From Syntrophales bacterium (GTDB lineage Bacteria; Desulfobacterota; Syntrophia; Syntrophales; UBA2185): a DNA stretch of 64,000 nucleotides. A program made the translations under genes and the position numbers. Positions 27,713 through 36,730 of this stretch are shown here, piece by piece. The stretch's first letter is position 1, and every line of letters starts with the position of its first letter. The stretch is from assembly GCA_049512055.1 (NCBI GenBank), contig JBEKXK010000005.1, forward strand, positions 2,207-66,206, read 5' to 3'. Below the pieces are notes generated by a model. It saw nothing but the letters and a program-made list of their open reading frames with translations. It searched no databases and had not been told where the DNA came from.

Positions 27713-28660
27713 TCAGCCCTTATATATAAACCTTTCAAACAATTTATGGAAAGGTGTCCAGTGCGAATCGTCAGCGGATGACTGGATGAATTCCTGGAAG
27801 GCATTAACCTTCGCGTCAAGATCGTCAATAAAATGCACGACTAATGCTTCCGGCGTCTTCGGACGCTTTGGCGAACCGAATTCCTGAGTGCCGTGATGGC
27901 TCAATATCAGATGGCGGAGCTCCATGGCAAGCTGCTCCGGAAAACCCTGTAAGGCGGCAATTCTGGCATCGAGCATCTCCAGACCGATCACAATGTGCCC
28001 GATCAGTCTGCCCTCATCGCTGTAGTCAAACATCCTGTCATAGGTATATTCATAAATCTTGCCTATGTCATGAAGGATCCCCCCGGATATGACAAGGTCC
28101 CTGTTGATACCCTGGTAATGCTTTGTTACAAGATCCAGCAGGCGTATCACTGAGAGCGTGTGTTCAAGCAGGCCGCCGATGTAAACATGATGAAAACTCT
28201 TTGCAGCAGGGGCCTTTTTGAACAAGCTGGCCACCTCCTCATCATGGAAGAACAAGTGTAACAACTCCTTCAAGCAGGGCGTTTCGATTTGCTCGACAAA
28301 GTCCATTAGATCGGCGAACATCACATCGATGTCTCCTTTTGCCGCAGGCAGATATTCGGCCAGATCAACGGCGGAGTCATCGACCTTTCTGACGCCTGTT
28401 ATGGAAAGTTGAACGGTGCTTCTGAAACTCACTGCACCTCCCTGTGCCTTGATCACATCCCCCTTGCTGAAGGCTTTGTCCCACTCGATTGCATTCTCCC
28501 AGATCTTTCCATCAACCTCCCCAGTCTTATCCTTAAGACGAACGTTCAGATAAGGCATCCCTTTCTGAGAGAAAGCGAGATTCTTCTCGGTCACGAGAAA
28601 TGACTCGTTCACTTTTTCACCCGGCTTTATATCTTTGATATAAACACTTTTGCTCTTCAT
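27713..28660 (-). CDS. OB-fold + HD-domain protein (YhaM-like 3'-5' exoribonuclease family)
   Basis: 315 aa. N-terminal OB fold (FLVTEKNLAFSQKGMPYLNVRLKDKTGEVDGKIW) and HD domain (HHVYIGGLLEHTLSV, GGILHDIGKI). Confidence 0.8.
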   Translation of the reverse strand: MKSKSVYIKDIKPGEKVNESFLVTEKNLAFSQKGMPYLNVRLKDKTGEVDGKIWENAIEWDKAFSKGDVIKAQGGAVSFRSTVQLSITGVRKVDDSAVDLAEYLPAAKGDIDVMFADLMDFVEQIETPCLKELLHLFFHDEEVASLFKKAPAAKSFHHVYIGGLLEHTLSVIRLLDLVTKHYQGINRDLVISGGILHDIGKIYEYTYDRMFDYSDEGRLIGHIVIGLEMLDARIAALQGFPEQLAMELRHLILSHHGTQEFGSPKRPKTPEALVVHFIDDLDAKVNAFQEFIQSSADDSHWTPFHKLFERFIYKG

Positions 28661-28692
28661 ATTGGCACCTGCCGTTGCTTATCGCCGTTTAC

Positions 28693-30603
28693 TCACTTCT
28701 CTCTCAAGATGCGGTGATCACCCGCCCTGATAGTAAGCTTTGTTATGTCAAAGTACTCCATCAGCGGTATGATGAATTTTCTTGAAAGACCTGTCAACTC
28801 TTTCATGCTCGCCGGTGTAGCCTTTCCCTCCCTCACAAGAAGGGCTTTGTAATTTTCCCGCAGCCTCGCTAAGACTTCTTTATGAAAGTAGAGATCTTCA
28901 TTTATCTTTATCAGGGAACCTTCTTTGAGCATCACTTTGATGACGCTTTCTGCCAGGCTCCATTGGCCCGCAAACTTTTCCATAAGCTCCTTGATTGTAG
29001 GAGGAGTAAGCCCTGCATCCATATAGGTCTCCCCAATCTTGCTTCGCAGATCCTCCAGCTCTCCCTTCAGATTCACACGGTGTCCCGACAGGCGAATATT
29101 CTCCCTCTCGACGACTATTTCCCCTCTCTTTTCAAGCTCTCTGACAGCCATATTAAAGAGCCTTTGTCTGGCGAACTGTCCTGCCGTACTCCTCAACTCT
29201 TCTTTCGATATGCCTTCCTTCAAAGGATATCTCTCATGATAGGCCCGCATTTCGAGGAGAATCCTGTCCTGAAGGTTCTGATAAATGGAGGAAGATACTA
29301 TCCTGGATTCATCAGCATCCACGACGACGACCTGCTTTCTTGAAGACAGAGTTCCGAGAATATCCTTAAGGATACTTTGATGAATTCCAGTTCTCATTTC
29401 AAGCTCAGATATGCCAATGCCCTCAATTCCTGACCGTTCAATAATAATCGCCGCCCTCTCTGTATCACTACCATCAAGCAGGACATCAATTTCACGATTC
29501 ACCCTATCAGATTTTCTCTTATGTTTCTTAGGCAAAGGGTCGACGATCATCCCACCGCCGATTGTCGTTACAGGCGAGTAGCTTCTGATGACAAAACGGT
29601 CTCTTGCCATTGCAACAATGGGAGACTCAAGAACTACTTGTGCAGAAGCCTTGGCTCCAGGCTCCACGTCTTCGCGGTCGGGGAGTATTATCCTGCCGAT
29701 TACTTCATTCGTTCCCACATGAAACCGCACCAGGTTCCTGTTCTTCAGTTTCTTAGTGTTACTTGACAAATACTCCGTGCACACGTCCAAGCGGATCGAG
29801 GGCTTAAGAGTCCCGGGCCTGGCGAGTACATCTCCTCTCACGATCGTATCCTTTTCAACGCCCTGGAGATTTATGGCAGTCCGCTGACCCGCCTCGGCAA
29901 TGGTTGCGCTCTGATTATGGATCTGTATGCCTCGCACTTTGGCGGTAACCCCCGGCGGCAGTACTTCCACCTCTTCGCCCAACTTTATATCTCCGGAAAT
30001 CAGGGTTCCGGTGACGACTGTCCCGAATCCCCTCATCGTAAATGCCCTATCCACAGGCAAACGGAAGACGCCCGGACCTGATTCTCCCTCTATATCCGCA
30101 GCCACTCTGCCGAGGGCATCCAGCAATTCCTCGATCCCTGCACCTGTGATTGAAGAGACAGGTATGACAGGGGATGCCTCCAGAAAAGTCCCTTTCAAGA
30201 ATTCACGGACATCGTCTTTCACCAGATTAAGCCATTCCTCTGCTACCATATCGGCCTTGGTAAGGGCAACAAGACCTTTCTTAATGCCAAGGAGCGAGCA
30301 GATATGAAGGTGTTCCCTCGTCTGGGGCATGACGCCCTCGTCTGCCGCGATTACCATAATCACCATATTGATGCCGGAGGCGCCGGACACCATATTTCTT
30401 ATGAATCTTTCATGGCCGGGAACGTCCACAATACCGAATGTCCGGCCGTCCGGAAGAGTTAGAGAGGCGAAGCCAAGTTCAATGCTGATCCCCCGCTCCT
30501 TCTCTTCCTTGAGTCTATCCGTGTCGATACCGGTGATGGCTTTTATAAGGGCTGTCTTGCCATGATCGACATGGCCGGCCGTACCTATGATGAAATGCTT
30601 CAT
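28693..30603 (-). CDS. selB: selenocysteine-specific translation elongation factor SelB
   Basis: 636 aa. GTPase motifs GTAGHVDHGKT, DVPGHERF and TKADM, followed by EF-Tu-like domains II/III and a long winged-helix C-terminal extension of the type that binds SECIS elements. Confidence 0.92.
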   Translation of the reverse strand: MKHFIIGTAGHVDHGKTALIKAITGIDTDRLKEEKERGISIELGFASLTLPDGRTFGIVDVPGHERFIRNMVSGASGINMVIMVIAADEGVMPQTREHLHICSLLGIKKGLVALTKADMVAEEWLNLVKDDVREFLKGTFLEASPVIPVSSITGAGIEELLDALGRVAADIEGESGPGVFRLPVDRAFTMRGFGTVVTGTLISGDIKLGEEVEVLPPGVTAKVRGIQIHNQSATIAEAGQRTAINLQGVEKDTIVRGDVLARPGTLKPSIRLDVCTEYLSSNTKKLKNRNLVRFHVGTNEVIGRIILPDREDVEPGAKASAQVVLESPIVAMARDRFVIRSYSPVTTIGGGMIVDPLPKKHKRKSDRVNREIDVLLDGSDTERAAIIIERSGIEGIGISELEMRTGIHQSILKDILGTLSSRKQVVVVDADESRIVSSSIYQNLQDRILLEMRAYHERYPLKEGISKEELRSTAGQFARQRLFNMAVRELEKRGEIVVERENIRLSGHRVNLKGELEDLRSKIGETYMDAGLTPPTIKELMEKFAGQWSLAESVIKVMLKEGSLIKINEDLYFHKEVLARLRENYKALLVREGKATPASMKELTGLSRKFIIPLMEYFDITKLTIRAGDHRILREK

Positions 30604-30945
30604 GGAACTTAAATAACAAACTACCTGGCGTTTAACAATAACAAAAAAAATGGTCCTTTCTGCGAAAATTAGAAGGGAGCCATTCGCCGGATAGGCGAGA
30701 GGCCATCTGCTCCCGCATCACAAACAAAGGTAACAGATGATTCCGTATCACGGTGACGGGAGAAATAGTTGCAGGGGAAAAGCGATGGAAGATCTAAGGC
30801 GCGTCAAAAAAAATATACGAAGCGAATTGAGAAGATCTGAAAGAACGATCCCCTAACCTGCCCGAATGAACCGGGGACCGTGTATCACGGATGCCATCTA
30901 TAAGAATATGTCGCGAGTGTTATGAGTCCCCGGAGTCGTCTGGTG

Positions 30946-31233
30946 TCACTGAATCCCGCCGCCTGTCACTTTTCCGTTCTTGACGATGAAGTAGCGATGG
31001 TAATAGCTCCAACCCATGGGGTCGGGGACCCTGTAGACGAGCTTTTCCGAGCCATCAGGCTGCACTTCAACCCAGAGTGGCGTTCCGAAAGTGTCCGTCA
31101 CGGCTTTGACCGGGTCCGGATCGCCTGCATAGTAGAACTTGTCCCACGAACACGCGGACACTCCGCACAGGAGCATCATAAGAATGAGGATGGCAGTTAT
31201 CCGAGCCAAGAGTTTCCTTGCGATTTTTTTCAT
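30946..31233 (-). CDS. small lipoprotein (possibly BamE/SmpA-OmlA-like)
   Basis: The ORF track gives 30946..31356. I prefer the ATG at 31233 (MKKIARKLL...) because GAGGGGGG lies upstream and a lipobox is present (GVSAC|S). The mature part (about 70 aa) has a loose BamE-like pattern (FGTPLWVEV...YRV...YFIVKNGKV). Confidence 0.55.
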   Translation of the reverse strand: MKKIARKLLARITAILILMMLLCGVSACSWDKFYYAGDPDPVKAVTDTFGTPLWVEVQPDGSEKLVYRVPDPMGWSYYHRYFIVKNGKVTGGGIQ

Positions 31234-31561
31234 AATTCCCCCCTCTGTCATTCTCCCTTCGGGTCGTGATGAGAGGACATATTGCGTGACGGCATGATGG
31301 AAACGAGACGCTCCAAAATTCGCGTTGAGGGTTCCTGACAGGAGACCTATAATCACCGCGTCCTGCCGGCTTCATGATGAAGCGCCTTTATAATAAAATA
31401 ACGAACTGCTCGGTATTTGACAATAACAAAAATTTGCCTTATGCACCGCGTAGCCGGCAACCTCAACTGGCGTCGCCTCTGCGCAGTCATCCTCAAAATA
31501 GGTTTTGCCACTCGCGTCAAGCCCGGTATCGTCACTCGCTATATTTCTTGTTGAAATTCCG

Positions 31562-31591
31562 TTGACATGGCGAACATCTTCCCTCTATATT
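31562..31591 (+). promoter_or_regulatory. candidate sigma-70 promoter for the B12-type radical SAM gene
   Basis: TTGACA (31562-31567), an 18-nt spacer, then TATATT (31586-31591). It sits about 50 nt upstream of the ATG at 31640. Confidence 0.4.
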
Positions 31592-31639
31592 GTCCACAAT
31601 GAAATTGGAACCGTAGTCAGAGATAATAGAGGAAAGCAT

Positions 31640-33232
31640 ATGGCAGTTTCAGCCAGCAAGAGGCTTCTTCTAAGCAGCGTTTGCCGCCCTTTTGGTGCAA
31701 AATACGGCGACAGTTTTAACGTAACATGCGACGGCGCCCATCAACTTATGTGGGCGCAAGGGCCGTTTCGGACCTTCACCACCACCAACCAGTGGGGAAT
31801 TGATCTCATCGCGGAAAATATTGAGATACCGGCCATTACCCTGCATTATCCGACAAGGGCGCAATTCATAAGGGAGATAAGAAGGGGGTACGATTATATC
31901 GGTATAGCTTTTGTCCATGCGACAAGACATAAAATGATCCCTATGGTTGAGGCTGTCCGCAGGTACACGCCTCAGTCCAAGATAATCTTGGGAGGCTATG
32001 GTGCGGCATTCCCTGATCACGAGCTCAATCAATATGCCGATTATATCTGTAGAGGCGAAGGTATAGAATTCATGAGAAGACTCCTTGGGGAGTCCGCAGA
32101 GAAGCCCATTGTCCAACCTACCATAGCCAGTAGGTCCTATGTCATGTCCCTGCCGCTTCCCAGGGAGGGTTATATATTTGGCGGCCTTGGCTGTCCATTC
32201 GGATGCGATTTCTGCGCAACATCCCATTATTTTCACCGCAGACACATTTTATTGCTCCCCGATGGTAAATCTATTATCGATTCTATCAAACGATTACGGA
32301 CGTTATATCCGCGAATGACCAGGTTCTATCTCTGTGATGAAGATTTTTTTGTCAATCGGAAAAGAGCGATGCAGTTCTTGGAGGAAATTCGCAAGTCTGA
32401 TTTGCCGCCCCTTTCGATGATGGGATATGGGAGTGTTAAGTCTTTGTCACAATTTTCGGCAGCAGAACTGACAGAGATGGGATTCGATCTCTTATGGATA
32501 GGCTTCGAGGGCAGGCGGGCTGAATTCAAGAAAATGGAGGGCAGGTCATTTTCGGAGCTGTTTGCAGACTTGCGAGACCACGGAATCAGCATAATTGCAT
32601 CCATGATAATCGGATTCGATTATCAGACGCCTGAGATCATAGCGGAGGAATTCCGGGAGCTGATGGGCCTTAAGCCATCCGTCTGCCAGTTTCTCATTTA
32701 TGGGCCGGCCTTTGGCACTCCGCTATACAATCGGTTAAAGAAAGAGGGCAGATTTCTTCCCACTATGGACGTTCCGCAGAGGTGGGACGGCTTTTGGTTG
32801 GGCTTTAGACACCCACACATAGGTGAAGAAGAGATGTCAAGAATTCAGATGGGGCTTTATCACAAGGAATTTGCCGTTATGGGACCTTCCGTATTCCGCA
32901 TTCTTGAGAATCAGCTGAAAGGATACGTGACACTCAGGGATCATGCCTCTCCACGAGTAAGGGCAAAGGCACAGGTCTACAAAGATAGGGCCCGTAAGGC
33001 CTTGATGCTTATTCCTGCAAGCAAGAGACACTTGCATCACGAAATTAATGACTGGCTCGACGACCTGAGAAAGCAGATAATTTCAGAGACGGGAGATATG
33101 ACCGCAAAGGAATATCTACTGTCAAGGTTCGTTCCCCTTCTAATTAAGTCTACAGACCTGAAGCTGCGCTTTAATACGGGAATGCAGCCAAGGTTCACAA
33201 GACGGGTATACCGGATGCAGTTGCCTTCTTGA
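31640..33232 (+). CDS. B12-binding-domain radical SAM protein, substrate unknown
   Basis: The ORF track starts at 31505. I prefer the ATG at 31640 (MAVSASKRLL) because agaggaaag lies upstream. N-terminal Rossmann-like B12-type domain (YIGIAFVHATRHKM...KIILGGYGAAF). Radical SAM motif GGLGCPFGCDFCATSHYF. Confidence 0.8.
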   Translation: MAVSASKRLLLSSVCRPFGAKYGDSFNVTCDGAHQLMWAQGPFRTFTTTNQWGIDLIAENIEIPAITLHYPTRAQFIREIRRGYDYIGIAFVHATRHKMIPMVEAVRRYTPQSKIILGGYGAAFPDHELNQYADYICRGEGIEFMRRLLGESAEKPIVQPTIASRSYVMSLPLPREGYIFGGLGCPFGCDFCATSHYFHRRHILLLPDGKSIIDSIKRLRTLYPRMTRFYLCDEDFFVNRKRAMQFLEEIRKSDLPPLSMMGYGSVKSLSQFSAAELTEMGFDLLWIGFEGRRAEFKKMEGRSFSELFADLRDHGISIIASMIIGFDYQTPEIIAEEFRELMGLKPSVCQFLIYGPAFGTPLYNRLKKEGRFLPTMDVPQRWDGFWLGFRHPHIGEEEMSRIQMGLYHKEFAVMGPSVFRILENQLKGYVTLRDHASPRVRAKAQVYKDRARKALMLIPASKRHLHHEINDWLDDLRKQIISETGDMTAKEYLLSRFVPLLIKSTDLKLRFNTGMQPRFTRRVYRMQLPS

Positions 33233-33397
33233 CTTTTTAGACTCATCCGTAAAGAGAGCAAGTTTTCCCGGGTAACCGTTCATCTTTCAGATTTCAATGC
33301 CTTAGCCTGTAACTTATCGTGTGACAATAATTCTCCACTTGAAATGTTCAGATTAAATTTGTTAGCATTAATTCCTTTTTAAGAGGATCATGGTTCT

Positions 33398-33826
33398 ATG
33401 AGGATACTATGTCTCGATTACGGCAGTAAGAGAATAGGCGTCGCCGTTTGTGATGAACTTGGCATGACGGCCCAGGGGCTCGCCACCATTACCCGGAAAA
33501 ATCGTCGGCATGATCTGGAAGAGATTGCCGGATTCATCAGGACCTATAATGTGGAGAAAATTGTGATCGGCTATCCCATAAAACTCGATGGCACCGAGGG
33601 CATTCAGTGCGAAAAAGTCGGCAAATTTGTATCTCTCCTGGAATCCACATTCTCTCTGCCTGTCGACAAATGGGATGAAACGCTTTCCACAAAGGAGGCG
33701 GAAGAAATCCTCATTCGGGCTAACGTGGCCAGAAACAAGAGAAAGACTATAGTGGATAAGCTCGCCGCCAGCTTGATTCTCCAGGGATACCTGGATGCCC
33801 AGGAACGCCGCGACAAGTCTCAGTAG
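33398..33826 (+). CDS. ruvX: Holliday-junction-resolvase-like putative pre-16S rRNA nuclease RuvX/YqgF
   Basis: 142 aa. MRILCLDYGSKRIGVAVCD...IVIGYPIKLDG...DETLSTKEAE. Confidence 0.92.
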   Translation: MRILCLDYGSKRIGVAVCDELGMTAQGLATITRKNRRHDLEEIAGFIRTYNVEKIVIGYPIKLDGTEGIQCEKVGKFVSLLESTFSLPVDKWDETLSTKEAEEILIRANVARNKRKTIVDKLAASLILQGYLDAQERRDKSQ

Positions 33827-33846
33827 TTATCAGACTGACCAATTAT

Positions 33847-34869
33847 ATGAAGATCCGAACCAAAACTCGTAAACATAGAAAAAGCCCCACCGTCATCTTA
33901 ACGGTCATAATCATTTTTGTTCTGTTGGTTGGTCTCTACTATGCCGTAAGTCCCATAGACCATCGTAATGAGATCGTCACCGTTGATATTCCGAGAGGGA
34001 CGAGTTTCCTCCAATCAGTTGACCTCCTTGAAAACGCGGGCCTCATAAAGAATAAATATCTGTTTTATGTTTTAGTGCTTGCAAAAAATGCGCGGGTCAA
34101 AATCAGAGCAGGCGAGTATGAACTGTCAACATCCATGTCACCGCTGGATATCATAAATAAGCTGGTAACGGGCGATATTAAATTATATAAAGTTACTATT
34201 CCCGAGGATTTCACGATTGCCGAGATTGCTGCTTCTCTGGCCTCTTTCAAACTGGTCGACGAAAAGGCATTTGTGTCCCTCTGCGAAGACGCAAAGTTCG
34301 TCGCTTCACTGGGCATACAAGGCAAAAGCGCCGAAGGATATCTGTATCCCGATACATACTTCTTTGACAAAACGATTGGTGCAAAAGAGATAATCAAGAG
34401 CATGGTTAAGCAATTCTGGAAAAACTTTACCGATGAGATGCACGAAAGGGCGGAAGAGCTCGGCATGACGATACCCCAGGTTGTGACGCTTGCTTCCATA
34501 ATAGGTAAGGAATCGGGTTTTAAAGATGAAAAACCTCTCGTCTCGGCCGTTTTTCACAATAGACTGAAGAAAAGAATGAGACTGCAAAGCGACCCTACTG
34601 CCGTTTACGATCTCAAATCCATCACGAAGGTCATTAAAAGAAAGCACCTTCAAAAGAACACGCCGTATAACACATACGTGATTAGTGGATTGCCGCCCGG
34701 CCCTATCGCAAATCCGGCTATAGATTCGCTGCAGGCAGCCCTCTACCCTGCCTCAGTCAATTACTTGTACTTTGTTTCCAATAACGACGGTTCTCACAAG
34801 TTCTCATCCAGCCTCTCAGCTCATAACAGGGCAGTCTTAAAATATCAAATTGATAGAAAAAAAGAGTGA
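33847..34869 (+). CDS. mltG: endolytic murein transglycosylase MltG (YceG family)
   Basis: 340 aa with an N-terminal TM segment. YceG motifs (LASIIGKESGF, PLVSAVFHNRL, LQSDPT, YNTYVISGLPPGPIANP). Confidence 0.92.
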   Translation: MKIRTKTRKHRKSPTVILTVIIIFVLLVGLYYAVSPIDHRNEIVTVDIPRGTSFLQSVDLLENAGLIKNKYLFYVLVLAKNARVKIRAGEYELSTSMSPLDIINKLVTGDIKLYKVTIPEDFTIAEIAASLASFKLVDEKAFVSLCEDAKFVASLGIQGKSAEGYLYPDTYFFDKTIGAKEIIKSMVKQFWKNFTDEMHERAEELGMTIPQVVTLASIIGKESGFKDEKPLVSAVFHNRLKKRMRLQSDPTAVYDLKSITKVIKRKHLQKNTPYNTYVISGLPPGPIANPAIDSLQAALYPASVNYLYFVSNNDGSHKFSSSLSAHNRAVLKYQIDRKKE

Positions 34870-34877
34870 TTTTTTTC

Positions 34878-34906
34878 TTGACAAACAGATTTTCCCTCCT
34901 TATAGT
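34878..34906 (+). promoter_or_regulatory. dcw cluster promoter (Pmra-like), near-consensus sigma-70
   Basis: TTGACA (34878-34883), an exact 17-nt spacer, then TATAGT (34901-34906). It lies 46 nt upstream of the mraZ ATG. Confidence 0.65.
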
Positions 34907-34914
34907 TAAGCCAA

Positions 34915-34938
34915 GTGGAGTAAAGTGGCTTATTGTGG
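34915..34938 (+). promoter_or_regulatory. three GTGG direct repeats with 10-bp periodicity (candidate MraZ operator)
   Basis: GTGG at 34915-34918, 34925-34928 and 34935-34938 (GTGGAGTAAA GTGGCTTATT GTGGAGGAAA). The repeats lie between the -10 box and the mraZ start codon. Confidence 0.55.
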
Positions 34939-34951
34939 AGGAAAATCTCTC

Positions 34952-35398
34952 ATGTCCGTCTTCAGGGGTCAGTATCATCATTCGATAGATGCCAAGGGCC
35001 GGATCATCTTTCCTGCAAAGCTGCGCGAAGTTTTCACTGAAAAATACGATAGCAAGCTGGTTATTACAAACTGGGACAATTACCTGATGGTCTTTCCCTA
35101 TGATGAATGGCGTATCCTCGAGGAGAAGGTCAGCCATCAGTCTCTATTCAGAAAAGAAGTACGGGCCTTCCAGCGTTTTTTCATGTCCGGCGCCGTTGAT
35201 TGCTCCTTCGACAGTCAGGGCAGGATCCTCGTTCCCCCCAACCTTCGAGAATATGCGGGCCTTGAGAAAGATATAGTCCTGGCAGGCATGATTAAGGTCA
35301 TAGAGATATGGAGCAAGGAACGTTTCGATGACGAGATGAAGAAGAGCGCAATCGACATCGACAGCTTCAGCAAATATATGGCGGATCTGGGAATATAG
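34952..35398 (+). CDS. mraZ: transcriptional regulator MraZ
   Basis: The start is taken at the ATG at 34952 (MSVFRGQYHHSIDAKGRIIFP), with GGAGGA 10 nt upstream. The ORF track begins at an upstream GTG (34925). The protein has two SpoVT/AbrB-like halves (DAKGRI..., DSQGRILVP). Confidence 0.93.
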   Translation: MSVFRGQYHHSIDAKGRIIFPAKLREVFTEKYDSKLVITNWDNYLMVFPYDEWRILEEKVSHQSLFRKEVRAFQRFFMSGAVDCSFDSQGRILVPPNLREYAGLEKDIVLAGMIKVIEIWSKERFDDEMKKSAIDIDSFSKYMADLGI

Positions 35399-35413
35399 AA
35401 AAAGGCCCATGGA

Positions 35414-36349
35414 ATGTCCTCCTTTCATATACCGGTCATGCAGAGAGAGGTTATTGAGTCCCTTCGTTGCGGGCCGGGGGGAATCTATGTTGACGGAACC
35501 GTGGGTGGCGGGGGTCATGCCTGCGAGATTCTTCGTCATAGCGCACCAGACGGCTTATTGATAGGCCTGGACGTCGATGATGACGCCTTGCGGGAATCGG
35601 AAGAACGATTAAGACCCTTTGGCAGCAGAAAGATCCTCGTAAAGGGCAATTTCGCAGATATAGATACAATCTTGGCTTCTCTGAACATCAGGGAAGTTGA
35701 TGGCATTCTGCTCGACTTGGGGGTTTCAGCTCATCAGCTGAAGACGGCTAACAGGGGTTTTAGCTTTTCCCTGAATGCTGCCCTCGATATGCGCATGGAT
35801 CAGAGCAGAGGGCTCTCTGCTTACGATATTATCAACACGTTGCCGGAAGAAGAGTTGAAGCGGATCATTAAGGACTATGGCGAGGAGATGATGGCGCAAA
35901 GGATTGTGAAGAGGATCTCCATACGAAGAAAGACATCCCCCATCGAAACGACGGCAGAACTTGCCGATGTTATTGTCAAGGCCTTGCCGTCCACATTCAA
36001 GACAAGGAAAATTCATCCCGCAACCCGAACTTTCCAGGCAATCAGGATATACGTCAATAACGAGCTTCTAAATCTTCATAATGCCGTAAATCGCGGCGTG
36101 GATGTACTCAGGAAGTCGGGGCGCTTTTCTATCATATCGTTTCACTCCCTGGAAGACAGGATTGTCAAGGACGGCTTCCGCTCGTGGGAGAAGGGATGTA
36201 ACTGCCCTCCGTCCCTGCCCATATGCGCCTGTCATAGAGAAGCAAAGGTGAAGGTATTGACCAGGAAACCAATAGCGCCTGCGGCTTCTGAAATTGAATC
36301 TAATCCGCAGGCAGGAAGCGCGAAGCTAAGAACGGCCGAGAGGATTTAG
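35414..36349 (+). CDS. rsmH: 16S rRNA (cytosine1402-N4)-methyltransferase RsmH
   Basis: 311 aa. HIPVMQREVIESL, DGTVGGGGHA, DLGVSAHQL, SFHSLEDRIVK. Confidence 0.95.
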   Translation: MSSFHIPVMQREVIESLRCGPGGIYVDGTVGGGGHACEILRHSAPDGLLIGLDVDDDALRESEERLRPFGSRKILVKGNFADIDTILASLNIREVDGILLDLGVSAHQLKTANRGFSFSLNAALDMRMDQSRGLSAYDIINTLPEEELKRIIKDYGEEMMAQRIVKRISIRRKTSPIETTAELADVIVKALPSTFKTRKIHPATRTFQAIRIYVNNELLNLHNAVNRGVDVLRKSGRFSIISFHSLEDRIVKDGFRSWEKGCNCPPSLPICACHREAKVKVLTRKPIAPAASEIESNPQAGSAKLRTAERI

Positions 36350-36352
36350 AAG

Positions 36353-36730
36353 ATGCAGTCAGAAGAAGTCATCCATGGAAATGTCTGCGATGTGGAGAAG
36401 GCTCCGACTCAAATAAAATATTCGAATTTTATTTTTGTCACTTTAGTGCTCATGGCAGTCGCCCTTTTCTACGTGTGGTCACATATCCATATGACGGAGC
36501 TCGAGTACATGGTTGCAGCGGAAATGAGTATAAAGGAAAAGCTTGTCGAGGAACAGAACAAGTTGAAGGTTGAGATCGCAACCTTGAAGTCACCTCAGCG
36601 ACTTGAGGCAGTAGCGAGAGAGCAGTTGCAGATGACGTATCCTACAAGGGATCAGGTCATCATCCTCAATAACGATGATACGGCAGGCACTGATAAAACA
36701 GACCCTAATAATCAGGGAGTGCAGCAATGA
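36353..36730 (+). CDS. ftsL: cell division protein FtsL-like
   Basis: 125 aa with a single TM segment (IFVTLVLMAVALFYVW) followed by a coiled coil. The ftsL assignment is supported by its position between rsmH and ftsI. Confidence 0.75.
   Translation: MQSEEVIHGNVCDVEKAPTQIKYSNFIFVTLVLMAVALFYVWSHIHMTELEYMVAAEMSIKEKLVEEQNKLKVEIATLKSPQRLEAVAREQLQMTYPTRDQVIILNNDDTAGTDKTDPNNQGVQQ

Noticed and set aside
30631-31432. A 17-nt motif TTT(A/G)ACAATAACAAAAA present twice (30631-30647 and 31416-31432), flanking the small lipoprotein gene.
   Set aside because: It is A-rich and low-complexity, and exact 13-mers recur by chance many times in 64 kb. The two copies sit at very different distances from the downstream starts. 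This is not enough to call a regulatory site.
28693-33232. A search for selenoprotein genes (in-frame TGA joining adjacent same-frame ORFs, SECIS-like hairpins) and for tRNA-Sec near selB.
   Set aside because: No split ORF pairs and no tRNA-like structure were found in 30604-30945 or 31234-31639. Selenoprotein genes are presumably elsewhere in the genome.
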